From: Octopus vulgaris
Taxonomy: Eukaryota
Length of the DNA stretch: 64,000 nucleotides
Reading direction: 5' to 3'
Assembly: GCA_951406725.2 (NCBI GenBank)
Contig: OX597821.1
Span: 17,732,001 to 17,796,000 of the forward strand
Shown: one piece after another, positions 38,455-52,700 of the stretch
Layout: each line of letters begins with the position of its first letter
Position numbering within the stretch: the stretch's first letter is position 1
Program-made: the position numbers and the translations under genes
The notes under the pieces: generated by a model
Told to the model about the DNA's origin: nothing
Database searches by the model: none
What the model saw: only the letters and a program-made list of their open reading frames with translations

Positions 38455-38853
38455 CTAGCAGTATCGCCCGGCGTTGCTCGGGTTTGTAAGGGAAATAACT
38501 ATATAAGCATTTTTAGAGAGTTATAACCAAAAAATAGCAAAAAAATGCATTAAAAATGGAAAAAAATGATGGTAATTTTTTTTTAATCGTTGACTCATCG
38601 TAGACATTTTTAGAGAGTTACTTCCCTTATATAATAGCGAAAAAAATGCATTAAAATGGAAAAAAATTATGGTAATTTTTTTTTTAAATCGTAGACTCAT
38701 CGTAGACGCGCACTAATACCCAGAAGGGCTCGATATGAATCACGACTATAAGATACCCGGTTTTGGTTAAACTGCACCGCAAAATGTGGGAGTAGTTAGG
38801 AATCTAAATCGTAGGAAACAGACAGCACACAACTTCACTTTTATATATAAAGA
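38455..38853 (-). mobile_element. Non-autonomous Helitron
   Basis: Same family as 5551-5935, with TC...CTAG termini and an A|T target. Confidence 0.87.
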
Positions 38854-39547
38854 TAAGCCAGATAGGCTCTTCAAGACGGCAGCTCTGCAGAAGGAAGTGG
38901 CAACCACCGTTTCAGGCTTTGTTCTTCGTCGGAGAAAACAGCGGTGTTGTCGCTCATATTGGAGGCAAATAAAACGAAGAAGAAATTGAAGTTGAGGTAA
39001 AAAGGTGGGTAAAATGGAAGACGAGAGATTAATGGCCAAGAGAAAGTGATAGTATTTCAAGGACAAACGTCAAATGTGCGAGACGAACAAAAGGATGGGA
39101 AGTTTTGAAATGGAGAGGGAAGGTAGACAATGCTTTTGTTTCAAACAAAAGCAAAAAGCAACAAAGTGAAAACTTCGAATAAATAGGTCGTGCAGTAAGT
39201 GGTTGGGAGAAGAAACAACAAGTTCATAAAAACGTAAATGCATCTAAAGTAACTGAATAGATACAAATATACATTCACAGGAAAAAATACAGCTCTTTCT
39301 GTTTAGTTGCATTGAATATTAACTCTGAATGAATAGGGAAGGTAAAAAATAAACTCGTATATCTTCAAGGAGTGGCAGCGTGGTAAGTAGCTTGCTAACC
39401 AACCACATGGTTCCGGATTCAGTCCCACTGCGTGGCATCTTGGGCAAGTGTCTTCTGCTATAGCCCCGGGCCGACCAATGCCTTGAGAGTGGATTTGGTA
39501 GACGGAAACTGAAAGAAGCCTGTCGTATATATGTATGTATATATATA

Positions 39548-39620
<73 letters not shown>

Positions 39621-40025
39621 TTGTGTGTCTGTGTTTGTCCCCCTAGCATTGCTTGACAACCGATACTGGTGTGTTTACGTCCCCGTCACTTAGCGGTTCG
39701 GCAAAAGGGACCGATAGAATAAGTACTGGGCTTACAAAGAATAAGTCCCGGGGTCGATTTGCTCGACTAAAGGCGGTGCTCCTGCATGGCCGCAGTCAAA
39801 TGACTGAAACAAGTAAAAGAGTAAAAGAGTACATCAGCTTACATACAAACACCAATACAAAAGACACATACATAATCACAGCTGAACTATAAAACCATAC
39901 CCACATATAGAGACATATGTATGTATACGCACTTGCCTATATGCAAACATGCATAAACAAACACATGTACATAAATATATATGCACAGATATATATTCAT
40001 GCCTACATGCGCAGCATATACCTGT

Positions 40026-40059
<34 letters not shown>

Positions 40060-40399
40060 TCTGGTCTAAGGTCTCTAACGGAAAGAGAGATTTAGGAAAG
40101 GATATTGTACTTAGCGGTTCGGCAAAAGAGACCGATAGAATAAGTACTGGGCTTACAAAAGAACAAGTCCCGGGGTCGAGTTGCTCGATTAAAGGCGGTG
40201 CTCCAGCATGGCCGCAGTCAAATGACTGAGACAAGTAAAAGAGTAAAAGAGTACCAACACCAACAGTAAAATATACACAATCGACCCTACTGACCATAGC
40301 TACAGGCAAAGTACATAATTGGAAGACACGTGGAAGAAACCAAATAGTTGAAGAAGCTAACCTTTTACAGAAAGTTATGAACACGTATATTCAAAAGAA

Positions 40400-40800
40400 C
40401 AATGGAAGACTAGAATGGCATACCAAATTGGTTTGCTGTAACCGGAAAGACGCATTATATACCAAAGAACTGAACCTTCGAGTTGTCACAAAACTATTGG
40501 TTCATTGATTGCCTAAATATTATGTACTAGCTCTATACAAGCTGTTTCAGCCAAATCCTCCAGGATCATTGCGAATCCAACAGCATAGTGATCAATAAGG
40601 AGATCGGTGGAAAGAAGGGATGTAGGTAAAGTGCCGAACAAACTTTGATGTACAATGGTGGGCCACAAGGTTTCTGTTGTAAGAAAACACAACAGAAACC
40701 TTGTGAGAGTATGGCTTGATTATAGGAAAACATTCAACCCTATTCCTCACTCATGGTTGCTGAAGTATGTATTTTTTTCACTTGGCAAACATACCTGCTA
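40400..40800 (+). mobile_element. Degenerate R4/R2-type reverse transcriptase fragment
   Basis: GGKKGCR*SAEQTL and VWLDYRKTFNPIPHSWLLK (compare WIDYKKAYDSVPHSWI). Confidence 0.6.
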
Positions 40801-41966
40801 CTTTAGGTGTTGCCATTGAGGGGCTCACAAAGACCTACTAACAATCCTCACACGACTGACAGTAAAACTATGAGTCTATGATGTTATAAATGTTTCAAGG
40901 GGAATATTTCAAGGAAATGGTTTTCCTGCACTTATACTCTTTTACTCTTTTACTTGTTTCAGTCATTTGACTGCGGCCATGCTGGAGCACCGCCTTTAAT
41001 CGAGCAACTCGACCCCGGGACTTATTCTTTGTAAGCCCAGTACTTATTCTATCGGTCTCTTTTGCCGAACCGCTATGTAACGGGGACATAAACACACCAG
41101 CATCGGTTGTCAAGCAATGCTAGAGGGGACAAACACAGACACACAAACATACACGCACACATATATATATATATACATATATACGACGGGCTTCTTTCAG
41201 TTTCCGTCTACCAAATCTACTCACAAGGCTTTGGTCGGCCTGAGGCTATAGTAGAAGACACTTGCCCAAGGTGCCACGCAGTGGGACTGAACCCGGAACC
41301 ATGTGATTGGTAAGCAAGCTTGGTATTAAACCCGTTAACATTTTTTTTTACAAAAATACACTGACCATATGCTAGGATCAGCAACTACGAGAGACGCCAG
41401 TGTAACCCATAATTTTTTTTTTTTTGATGACTCAAATCTACGCTAAAAATGTTTACAGTTCCATAAGAAGTATCGTTTACTGCGTTATATTCTTAATATC
41501 ACACGTAAAATACATATCCATCCATGCACAATACTACATATACTGTGAAATAGGCTATAATGCATGAACTGAGCAAAATATATTAGATAGTATTACACAG
41601 GAATAACCGAAACAGCTGTAGGAATGAATACATTGAAATATCACTGGGGAGTGTGTGTGCGTGTGTATGTGTGTGTATGGATGTGTGCGTGTATATATAT
41701 ATATATATAATATTGCTCCAGCGTGGTTGCAGTCAAATGACCGAAACATATAAACGAATAAAAGTATACATATACATATGTATATATATATAATATATAT
41801 ACATATATAATATGATATAATATATATATAGTACATAATATATATACACACATATATATAGTGCATAATATATATACATATATATATAATATATATACAT
41901 ATATAATATGATATAATATATATATATAGTACTAGTACATAATATATATATAATATAATATAATAT

Positions 41967-42010
<44 letters not shown>

Positions 42011-42261
42011 ATTTGTTTCTAATGTTCTATGAAGCTGTACCTAACCATGGGGAAGTATTCTGTTATTTAGAAACAGGTGATGACTAGCGACAGAAAGGGC
42101 ATCCGGGCCGCAAAAAAATTACTTCAATAAACTCCGTCCGACCCATGCAACCTCGGAAATGTAACCGATGATGACGATGATGACAACGATGATGACAACG
42201 CGGATGACGACGATACATACATACATACATACATACATACATACATACATACATACATACA

Positions 42262-42295
<34 letters not shown>

Positions 42296-42350
42296 CAGAC
42301 AGACAGACAGACATTTTATATGTGTCGCTTAACGCTTATTACATTTACAG

Positions 42351-42730
42351 TGGAGGCGCAATAGCCCAATGGTTAGGGCTGCGGACTCGCAGTCGTAGGA
42401 TCGCGGTTTCGATTCCCAGACCGGGCGTTGTGAGTGTTTATTGAGCGAAAACACCTAAAGCTCCACGAGGCCCCGGCAGGGATGGTGGTGATCCCTGCTG
42501 TACTCTTTCACCACAACTTTCTCTCATTCTTACTTCCTGTTTCTGTTGTACCTGTATTTCAAAGAGCCGGCCTTGTCACTCTCTGTGTCACGCTGAATAT
42601 CCCCGAGAACTACGTCAAGGGTACACGTGTCTGTGGAGTGCTCAGCCACTTACACGTTAATTTCACGAGCAGGCTGTTCCGTTGATCTGATCAACCGGAA
42701 CCCTCGTCGTCGTAACCGACGAAGTGCTTT
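42351..42730 (+). mobile_element. tRNA-derived SINE family C
   Basis: GGAGGCGCAATAGCCCAATGGTTAGGGC...GGTTTCGATTCCC tRNA-like head. Other copies with different tails at about 54590-54882(-) and 59590-59880(-). Confidence 0.8.
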
Positions 42731-43901
42731 CTATTACATTTACAACTTTGTTACTGTACTGCAAGTATATAGTGTCAGTTTCATTTATGTTTTGCAATAA
42801 TGCAAATATTCAAGCATATCTTCGCAGCTATGTTATTCTTTCTTTGTTTCTACATAATTTTAAAATGTAAAAAAAAGACCTTTCTAATGAAATTTTCAAA
42901 GGGTATTCTTCAGATGGCATATATCACGATTACATCGGAATTTAAGGTTAGAAGAAAAAAAAATGGTGAGGGCACAGAGACACACACGAGTACACATATC
43001 ACATAAAATGTATGACCAAAATGAAACTTGAATTCTTCAAAACAAACTTGAGATGGGTCAGTATGTATGTATACGTCCCCACCATTTTTTTTTTTTACAT
43101 TAAATTCCAATATAATTTTCCTTTATACAATCGTAATCTACAACATTAGAAAGGTATATTTTTTTATCTTGTACTTGCTTCAGTCATTAGACTACAACCA
43201 TACCGGGGCACCACCTTGAAAGGTTTTTAGTAGAACAAATCATCCCTGGACTTTTTAAAGCCTAGTACATGTTCAATTGGTTCTTTTGCCGAACTGCTAA
43301 GTTACGGGACGTAAACACACCAACATCGATTGTCAAGTTGTGGTAGGGGACAACACGGACACAAAGACACACATACACACTTAGAGATCTACTGAAATGG
43401 ATAGGTTCACATATAACATCCCAAGGCACATCTTTTTTTCTCTAATGAAATTATGCTCATGTCACATAAATGCAATTTTGATGTTCAAATTTGTACTTCA
43501 ATTATTGAGTATTAATTGAAACGCAAGTGAAGTTTGTTTCCTCATAACTTTCAGGCGCATGTGGTCCGAGTTCAGTCCCACTGTGTGACATTTTGGGCAC
43601 GTATCTTCTACTATAGCCTCGGGCCAACCAAAGCCTCGCAAGTGGATTTGATAGACGGAAACTGAAAGAAGACCGCTGTGTAAGAAGCGAAGATGACCAA
43701 TTTGTTAATAATAAATTATTAACTTCCTTATCTCCGTTTTTTTCGTCTTCTTTTAACTGGATATATAAGCTATATGCTTAATATATACCTATTGTTTTAG
43801 GGTAATTTCATTCTCCAATAATGCTAGGTATTGAATCAGTATTTCCTTGGATGCAACCATCTCTTCACGAAGTTAACATATCCTCTAATCAAATTATATA
43901 C

Positions 43902-44040
<139 letters not shown>

Positions 44041-44099
44041 TATATTTATATAAATTTAGATAAACTTAGATATGTTTCGACCAAAGATTGGTCCAGGCC

Positions 44100-44990
44100 A
44101 TGTCTAACTTAATAGCACCACCTGATAGATTTATAGTTCATTCAAGTAGTGAGTTTTTGTTGAGTGAGTTGTATCCAGGTATGGGTGGCTTATCTGATAT
44201 TCCTTGAAGAAATCTGTCCAGACTCCGTTTAAAAGCGATGGGATCGTTTTCCTCTTTGATTTCTTTCGGGACAATGTTAAACAGGGCAGGGCCTGTTGAG
44301 GAAAAGAAATTGTGTCGCAGTGTACCTATATGTTGTGATCCTGAATTGGGCAGGGGACGTATAGTCCGTGGTTTCAGCCTTGGATGAACCTTGTAAATAA
44401 TGTTCAGGTCGTTTGGGCAATGCTGGCGGTATATTCTCCGCATCGTACAAATTATGTACCGCTCGCGGCGGCGCTGGAGAGAGAAGAGTTTCAAGGCTTT
44501 AAGGCGGTCCCAATAATCGAGATCAGTCATGCCTTCAATTCGTTTAATGAGTGCCCTCTGGGGTGATTCAATCCTCGAGATGTTTTGTTTTGTATGGGGA
44601 GACCACAAGGGGCAGCAGTCTTCGAGGACACCTTGTCCTCTGGACCGGAAGGTCCTTAAGATCCAGGAGCTCATCCTACGAGCTATATCGACCTTATTGT
44701 TGACGTGGGCACTCCAACTGAGGTTGTTATCTACAATTACACCCATGTCTCTGATATTGTTAGATGCTGTGAACGGTTCTCCTGAAGGAAGAGAGTATGG
44801 CTATTTTAGTATAGACTTTCTTCCAAAATGCATCAGCTCAAATTTTCCCTCGTTCAGTTGCTTTTTGTTTTTGTCTGCCCATTGACTCACCGCATATAGA
44901 TCAGACTGGAGTTGAGTTTGGTCTTCTTCATTGATGATTTGCTCGAGCTTAGTGTCATCAGGCAAATATTTTCACTTTGCAGTGATACTC
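44100..44990 (-). mobile_element. CR1/L2/Crack-group LINE, RT C-terminal part
   Basis: DMGVIVDNNLSWSAHV..WILRTFRSR..LEDCCPLWSPH..IESPQR..DYWDRLKALKLFSLQRRRERY. 5' truncated and internally deleted. Confidence 0.85.
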
Positions 44991-45453
44991 TACTCTTTAC
45001 TCTTTTACTCTTTTACTTGTTTCAGTCATTTGACTGCGGCCATGCTGGAGCACCGCCTTTAGTCGAGCAAATCGACCCCGGGACTTATTCTTTGTAAGCC
45101 CAGTACTTATTCTATCGGTCCCTTTTGCCGAACCGCTAAGTAACGGGGACGTAAACACACCAGCATCGGTTGTCAAGCAATGCTAGGGGGACAAACACGG
45201 ACAAACACAAACATATACACACACACTTATATATATATACATATATACGACAGGCTTCTTTCAGTTTCCGTCTACCAAATCCACTCACAAGGCATTGGTC
45301 GGCCCGGAGCTATAGCAGAAGACACTTGCCCAAGATGCCACGCAGTGGGACTGAACCCGGAACCATGTGGTTGGTTAGCAAGCTACTTACCACACAGCCA
45401 CTCCTGCGCCTGATATATATATATATATATATTAGGTTGAACATATATATTTA

Positions 45454-45503
<50 letters not shown>

Positions 45504-45739
45504 GACATATATACATATATATATAGTCACTACCATAAGTTTAATATATATATATATATATATATATTTCAACCCAAGGTGGTGAATTGTTTTGTTTTTT
45601 TCTTTTTTCTCCCTTTCTTTTGTTTTCTTTTTTCATTTTTTCACTTGTGTTCTCTGTTTTGTCCAGTTTTCTAATTTAATTTTGTAAAACGATAAACACT
45701 AATATAATAAATCTAGAACTGATAAATATTCAAACTAGC

Positions 45740-45740
45740 C

Positions 45741-45808
<68 letters not shown>

Positions 45809-45809
45809 G

Positions 45810-45904
<95 letters not shown>

Positions 45905-45905
45905 G

Positions 45906-45961
<56 letters not shown>

Positions 45962-45997
45962 CACACGCACGCACGCACGCGCGCGCGCACACACACA

Positions 45998-46033
<36 letters not shown>
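45740..46033. repeat. (ATCT)n followed by (CA)n microsatellite
   Basis: Directly visible. Confidence 0.97.
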
Positions 46034-46037
<4 letters not shown>

Positions 46038-46939
46038 GGTCTTCTTTCAGTTTCCGTCTACCAAATCCACTCGCAAGACTTTGGTCGGCCCGAGACTCTA
46101 GTAGAAGACACGTGCCCAAAATGTTACACAGTGGGATCGAACTCGGAACGCATGCACCTGAAGGTTATGAGAAAACAAACTCAGCTTGCGTGAATTACCA
46201 GAAACTTCTCTCCTATCCCCCTCCAAAAAGATTTTTCACAAATTTTGGTTTAGTCGGAATGTACGGCATCCGAAAAGTATTCGAAGAAAATTTCATTTAA
46301 AACTATAGGCGCAGGAGTGGCTGTGTGGTAAGTAGCTTGTTTACCAACCCCATGTTCCGGGTTCAGTCCCACTGCGTGGCACCTTGGGCAAGTGTCTTCT
46401 ACTATAGCCTCAGGCCGACCAAAGCCTTGTAAGTGGATTTGGTAGACGGAAACTGAAAGAAGCCTGTCGTATATATGTATATATATATGTGTGCGTGTAT
46501 GTTTATGTTTGTCCCCCTAGCATTGCTTGACAACCGATGCTGGTGTGTTTACGTCCCCGTTACTTAGCGGTTCGGCAAAAAAGAGACCGATAAAATAAGT
46601 ACTAGGCTTACAAAAAATAAGTCCTAGGGTCGATTTGCTCGACTAAAGGCGGTGCTCCAGCATGGCCACAGTCACATGACTGAAACAAGTAAAAGAGTAA
46701 AAGAGTATTCCTTTTAAATTAAACATTTTTTAAATTCTTTTACGAGGTAACAAAATCAGCTGCTGCGGGGACACACTCGGGGTCTATTCCAAAACTTGTG
46801 CAGGCATATTGGTTACCATACCCCTCTTACATATCTTTCATCTAGCTCACAAAATTAGTCGACAATATTATGAAAATTATACGATTTTAAATAAATAAAA
46901 TAAGTTCTGCAGACAGACAGATAGATAGACACATACACA

Positions 46940-47048
<109 letters not shown>

Positions 47049-47055
47049 ATGTGTG

Positions 47056-47201
<146 letters not shown>

Positions 47202-47248
47202 TAGTTAATCCAAACAAGAAAGCACAAAAAAACAACGCGAGGACGTTG

Positions 47249-47313
<65 letters not shown>

Positions 47314-47445
47314 ATATATATATATTTATTTTTTCATAATAATAATAATAATAATAATTACAACAAAAGAATGAATGAGGCCTCGATATTAAGTAAAATA
47401 GAGGAATTTATCTATAAATATAATATGTGATAGTTAGTTGGTTGT

Positions 47446-47512
47446 CATAATAAAACTCAGAGTTGCGGATACCGGGGATGACGGCTGCTCCGGCATCTCA
47501 TCAGTTATTATG
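47446..47512 (-). ncRNA. Type I hammerhead ribozyme motif with one core substitution
   Basis: CAUAAUAA-CUGAUGA-GAUGCCGG(loop)CCGGUAUC-c-GCAA-CUCUGAG-UU-UUAUUAUG. 8-bp stem I, 8-bp stem II, GAAA changed to GCAA. Confidence 0.72.
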
Positions 47513-47629
47513 TGTGTGTGTGTGTGTGTGCATAAGAGAAGATACTGTGGATAATAAAATGCGAAAGCGACATTCACTCACACAAACAGAATTAAATTAT
47601 TTGTAACTCATTACAATGAAGTTATAATC

Positions 47630-48028
47630 CTTTCTACAATAGACACAAGGCCTGGAATTAGAGGGGAGGGAGATAGTCGATTATATCGACAGTAGTACTT
47701 GACTGGTACTTAATTTATCGATCTTTAAAGGATGAAAAGCAAAGTCGACCTCGGCGGAATTTGAACTCGGAACGTAATGGCAGACGAAATACCTATTTCT
47801 TTATTACCCACAAGGGGCTAAACACAGAGGAGACAAACAAGAACAGACATAGGTATTAAGTCGATTACATCGACTCCAGTGCGTAACTGGTACTTAATTT
47901 ATCGACCCCGAAAGGATAAAAGGCAAAGTCGACCTCGGCGGAATTTGAACTCAGAACATAACGACAGGCGAAATACCACTAAGCCTTTCGCCCGAGGTGC
48001 TAACGTCTCTGCCAGCTCGCCGCCTTCG
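47630..48028 (-). mobile_element. Dimeric/composite SINE family A
   Basis: Same two-part layout as 12288-12680, with TSD TTACAATGAAGTTATAAT on both sides. Confidence 0.8.
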
Positions 48029-48285
48029 TTACAATGAAGTTATAATGATTAGTTTTAAATTGAGAAATATGTCAACAAAGCATTTCGTCTGAATTGTCCT
48101 TGTCTAGCCCTAGGTCGTTCTGATAAAAACCGTCGCCTTCTCATTTTATTATCTGAATAGTATCTTTACTCATGTCTGTGTTCGCATTTACACTGTAGAG
48201 TGTTTTTTGACGGTAATTTAGCTGCATTTTCTAGCAGAGGCTGTCACTGGCGCAAGTAAATTATTGCTGCCGGTGCCTGGGTTGT

Positions 48286-48304
48286 CGTGGTCGAGTCTGA
48301 TTGG
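48286..48304 (-). promoter_or_regulatory. ER stress response element (ERSE, CCAAT-N9-CCACG)
   Basis: Minus strand reads CCAAT-cagactcga-CCACG, an exact consensus match, in a small CpG-rich patch 1.3 kb upstream of an ER-protein start codon. Confidence 0.7.
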
Positions 48305-48349
48305 ACAAAACCCTCTACACTTATACACACACACACACACACACACACT

Positions 48350-48535
48350 CAGAAGCATCATAAACCACGCCGCCGCGCCGGGCGTCGATTACACAGTTTT
48401 GGGTGTTTATTAATTTGTTCATGTTTAATTGATCGCTCTCTCTATCTATATATATATATATATATTCAAGTTGTCATTTTTCATTCTTATCAATTAATCG
48501 CAGTTGCTGCTGTTCAATAGACATATTCATTTAAG
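48350..48535 (+). other. Putative non-coding first exon of the CREC gene (start uncertain)
   Basis: Follows the ERSE/CpG patch and ends at donor AAG|GTAATT. A matching acceptor TTTCGTTTCAG| lies at 49529. Confidence 0.45.
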
Positions 48536-49275
48536 GTAATTATTATTTAATTGATATTACAATACAACTGGTGAATGCTTCAGTATATCTCTGTTCTGCT
48601 TGCTGTATAGTTATTTAATAAGCCACTTAGATTTATGGTGAAAAACATTCTACCATCCTTAAGCACATCTTGTCCATTCTATTTATCATTATTATTATTA
48701 TTAATTGTTTTGTTTAACCTTGTAATCAGCTCCGGTTGATCCAGATTTATGAAATCAAAGGTGTCTCGGTCTTAATCATTGCGTATGAACGAAACATTGC
48801 CAAATATATTTGTATGTATACATAAAAACATATAATGTCCGATGTGTCCTAAGTTTTTGAAACAGCATGTTACCTAGAGGAGATTTAGCTACTATTATTT
48901 AGCTACTATTTCCAGTATGTTTCCCTTAGTATTTTTTTTTCTAACTCGATACTGACCTATGATCAAAGGCACTTCATCCACAACCATTCATTCTGCTTCT
49001 TCTTCTCGATGCCGTATACTTAGACTATATTTATTAACGTCTTTCTTTTCTAAAAAGACAGAGCACGATTTATGGTAGATTTGACTGCTATTTCTAGTAA
49101 TTAGATCGCCCTAAAGTAGAGACTCCTTTGCTGACTTATTTTATTGTAGCTGCTGTTATATATATTTGTAACATAGTCAAAAGTATAGGCAATCTTTCGT
49201 CTCTATTTTCGTGATGTTTGTTTTCAAACTACGGGACAAAATAATTTTTCCAACCATCTCTTTCTCCGTCTCTCT

Positions 49276-49338
<63 letters not shown>

Positions 49339-49612
49339 ATCGGTTTCTCCTTTGTTTATATTAATTGTACTTCCTCGTCTTTATTTACATGATAATTTAA
49401 CACGCCAACTTGGATTCATTCATTCACACAAGCACACTTCATACAAACACCACAGCAACTACTACTATTCGTTAACTAATAAAAGTATATCAACATCTAA
49501 AAAATTTCCAACATCTTATTTCGTTTCAGAAATACTCTTTCTGTTGGCCATTGCCGAGAGGATTATTTCCGATTAAGAAGACCCGATTATCAACAAGAAG
49601 ATCGCCTTCATC

Positions 49613-49781
49613 ATGACGAAAATAACAATGCTGATAATGTTAGGCCTTGCCGTGCTGCTTCTTACTGTGGGGGTGAGAACCGAACCCGAAAAAGTACAAC
49701 ACGCTGAACATGATCATTATTTTCATGAACACTTCAAAAACGGGGCTCACAATCCACATTTTGACCATTTAGCCATCCTCG
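49613..49781 (+). CDS. First coding exon of a CREC-family (calumenin / reticulocalbin-like) EF-hand ER protein
   Basis: Signal peptide MTKITMLIMLGLAVLLLTVGVRT, then EHFKNGAHNPHFDHLAILG resembling the CREC HNxxY/FDHEAF/ILG motif. Strong phase-1 donor G|GTGAGT and upstream acceptor at 49529. Downstream exons were not recognised in the window. Confidence 0.8.
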
Positions 49782-52700
49782 GTGAGTATTCTCCTATCTT
49801 GAGTGAATCGTTAATGAGTAACCTTTAATTAAAGCGACATCAATTAAAACAAAACCTAAAATAAATAGGAAACTGACAGGGAGGGCGGGTAGAATTGGCT
49901 GTCGGGGGAGATGAAATGAAACGACAGCTCGGAAACTGCATTTATTTGAATTTATATACCATTAAGAAGTTATGTGTGTGCGTGTGTAGAACAACTCTTG
50001 TTGTCGGAGGACGAACATCCATTTCCATTCATAAATACCTCTTCTGAAAACTTTCAAATAATCATCTTGTTTATTTTTCGAAACACTTGTTTTTATTAAT
50101 GTTTTACTTTATTTTTCGAAACACTTGTTTTTAATAATGTTTTACTTTCAACAATGCTATCTTAACAAGTTGACTAAACGATGATATTTTGAAATACAAG
50201 CAGTAGCCTCTAATAATAACCTATTTTTAAAGTCACCCAAAATAGCCAAGTTATTTTGTACATTCCCTATATGTTTGCATTTTAAATTGACGCCGCTTTA
50301 CTGAAAGACTTAAGTTGTTACTGTTATTAATGTCAAAACGATGATCAAGGAAAGATATGATCAAGAACAATCTTGCTATGACCATCTCGTATTTTATTTA
50401 TACATTTATCCAGCGCATCCTTTTTATAAAGATGATAGAATGATGGTGCTACGAACTTACATAAAATAAAATTAAATTTAAAAAACGTTTGGTCTGGGAG
50501 GTAAAAGATTTTGAAGAATACTAAGTATGCAAAAATGAAAACAGAACTATGCAAAAATAAAACCTTGCTAAACACAGAAACAGTGTCCTTCTTCAGATGC
50601 TCAACGAGTGGTAAGAGATGCCTTTCTGAGGCTGGCTTCTCATCTCGGAACTCATCTCCATACAGATAGCTTAAACGACACAAGGATCTTTCCAGCAGAC
50701 ACGCTTATATTGTTGAGACATGTTAAGTCCGCGCTGGTCTAAAAAAAAAAAAGCCTTTAAATATCCGAAAATTAGACAAGACATTCTACCATTTGAGGTG
50801 TGTGAAAAATTTGCACTGATGTAATGTAAATTTCAAAGTTCTTGGGTTTCAAAAGCCACTTGTGTGCTCTCATGCTCGGAAAAAGTACATCACAAGAAGT
50901 GCCCAAGCTTTTGAATAGGAGCAGACTACTTATAAATATAAGTAAATTTTAGGAAAACGGATTGATAGATGCTGGACTGCCAAGAATGCCCATGTAAATA
51001 CATGAATGTATGTACGTGTTTAATTAATAAAAACCACGATTTCAGAAGTTGGAGGAAGCCAGAAATAATTTGGAAAGTAAATTTAAAGATAATGATGGGT
51101 ATGAAAAGATGGGGAATAATATCGCAAATATATAATTTCTAAAATACTAGCCATAAACTTAATATTTTTGTTGTGGTGTTAGCTTCTTGTCGGGCAATAT
51201 CCTATTAAGGAAGATCACTCGAGGAAGAATATTAAAATAAAACTTCATATAAAATGCCGAAAATATTCTGGTAATAGTGGAAAATATGTTGTTCTGTAAT
51301 ATTTACTCGGTTCTATAGTTTAATCACAGTGATTAAATCAGATTGTTTAACCGCGGGTCGGCCTTCGTTAAACCAGAATTCATGATCAAAGGCGTTCCAG
51401 TTGTTATCCTCGCGTTTTGTGTGTGTGTGTGTGTACATACACGAATAAATATGTGTGTGTATATATATAAACACACACAGAGAGTCAACTGTTTCATTCT
51501 TTTTGAAGTGGTCGGATGTTATCTGTATATTTGGCTGTTATTTCTTGTGTATTTGCTACGTTATTCATAAATTTGATAGGTTTCATGTTCTCCAAGTTCA
51601 AGTCTTACTGTGCAGTACCTTAGGCAGGTGTTTTCATATTGATATTAGAGTCACAGAAAAGGTGGCGAACTGGCAGAATCTTTTGCATGCTGGACAAAAT
51701 GCTTAGCGGCATTTCGTCCGTCTTTACGTTCTGAGTTCAAATTCCGCTGAGGTTGACTTTGCCTTTCTTTCGGGGTCCATAAAATAAGTAACAGTTGAGT
51801 ACTGGAGTCGATGTAATCAACTTACTCTCACCACCGAAATTCTGGCCATGTGTATTTGCTACGTTATTCATAAATTCATGTGCCAAAATTTCAAACTAAT
51901 ATTAGAGACACAAAAATCGTGAATGTGTCTCTCTTTACTCTTTTACTTGTTTCAGTCAGTTGACTGCGGCCAGGCTGGAGCAACTCGACCCCGGGACTTA
52001 TTCTTTGTAAGCCCAGTACTTATTCTATCGGTCTCTTTTGCTGAACCGCTAAGTGACGGGGACATAAACACACCCTCATCGGTTGTCAAGCAATGCTAGG
52101 GGGACAAACACAGACACACAAACATACAAGCACACATATACATATATATGACGGGCTTCTTTCAGTTTCCGTCTACCAAATCCACTCACAAGGCTTTGGT
52201 CGGCCCGAGCCTATAGTAGAAGACACTTGCCCAAGGTGCCACGCAGTGGGACTGAACCCGGAACCATGTGGTTGGTAAGCAAGCTACTTACCACACAGCC
52301 ACGGTTCCAGCTAGTATATTTTGATTAAGGTACATTATTCAGCTGAAGGCGGCGAGCTGGCAGAATCGTTAGCATGCCGGGCGAAATGCGTAACTGTATT
52401 TCATCTGCCGTTACGTTCTGAGTTCAAATTCCGCCAAGGTCGAATTTGCCTTTCATCCTTTCGGGGTCGAGTCGATATAATCGACTTAATCCACTTGTCT
52501 GTCCTTGTTTGTCCTCTCTGTGTTTAGCCCCTTCTTGTGGGTAGTAAAGAAATAGGGACATTATTCAGATGCTGAGATGTGGCAGTCTTCTTCACTCTTT
52601 AGAATACCCTGTGTCATATTTTGTGAATGTTTTGCTTCAGTTCAATATACATACTCCACATCAGAAATTACACATTGCACCATCAACTCGTATTGAGTAC

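Noticed and set aside
42351-42425. tRNA gene candidates (also SINE A and B heads and 61720-61800)
   Set aside because: They are tRNA-derived SINE heads that continue into SINE bodies, with no proper acceptor stem or terminator.
49782-49828. ORF extension EYSPILSESLMSNL to a stop, as a 71-aa secreted peptide
   Set aside because: It begins at a consensus GTGAGT donor right after the conserved motif, so it is intron read-through.
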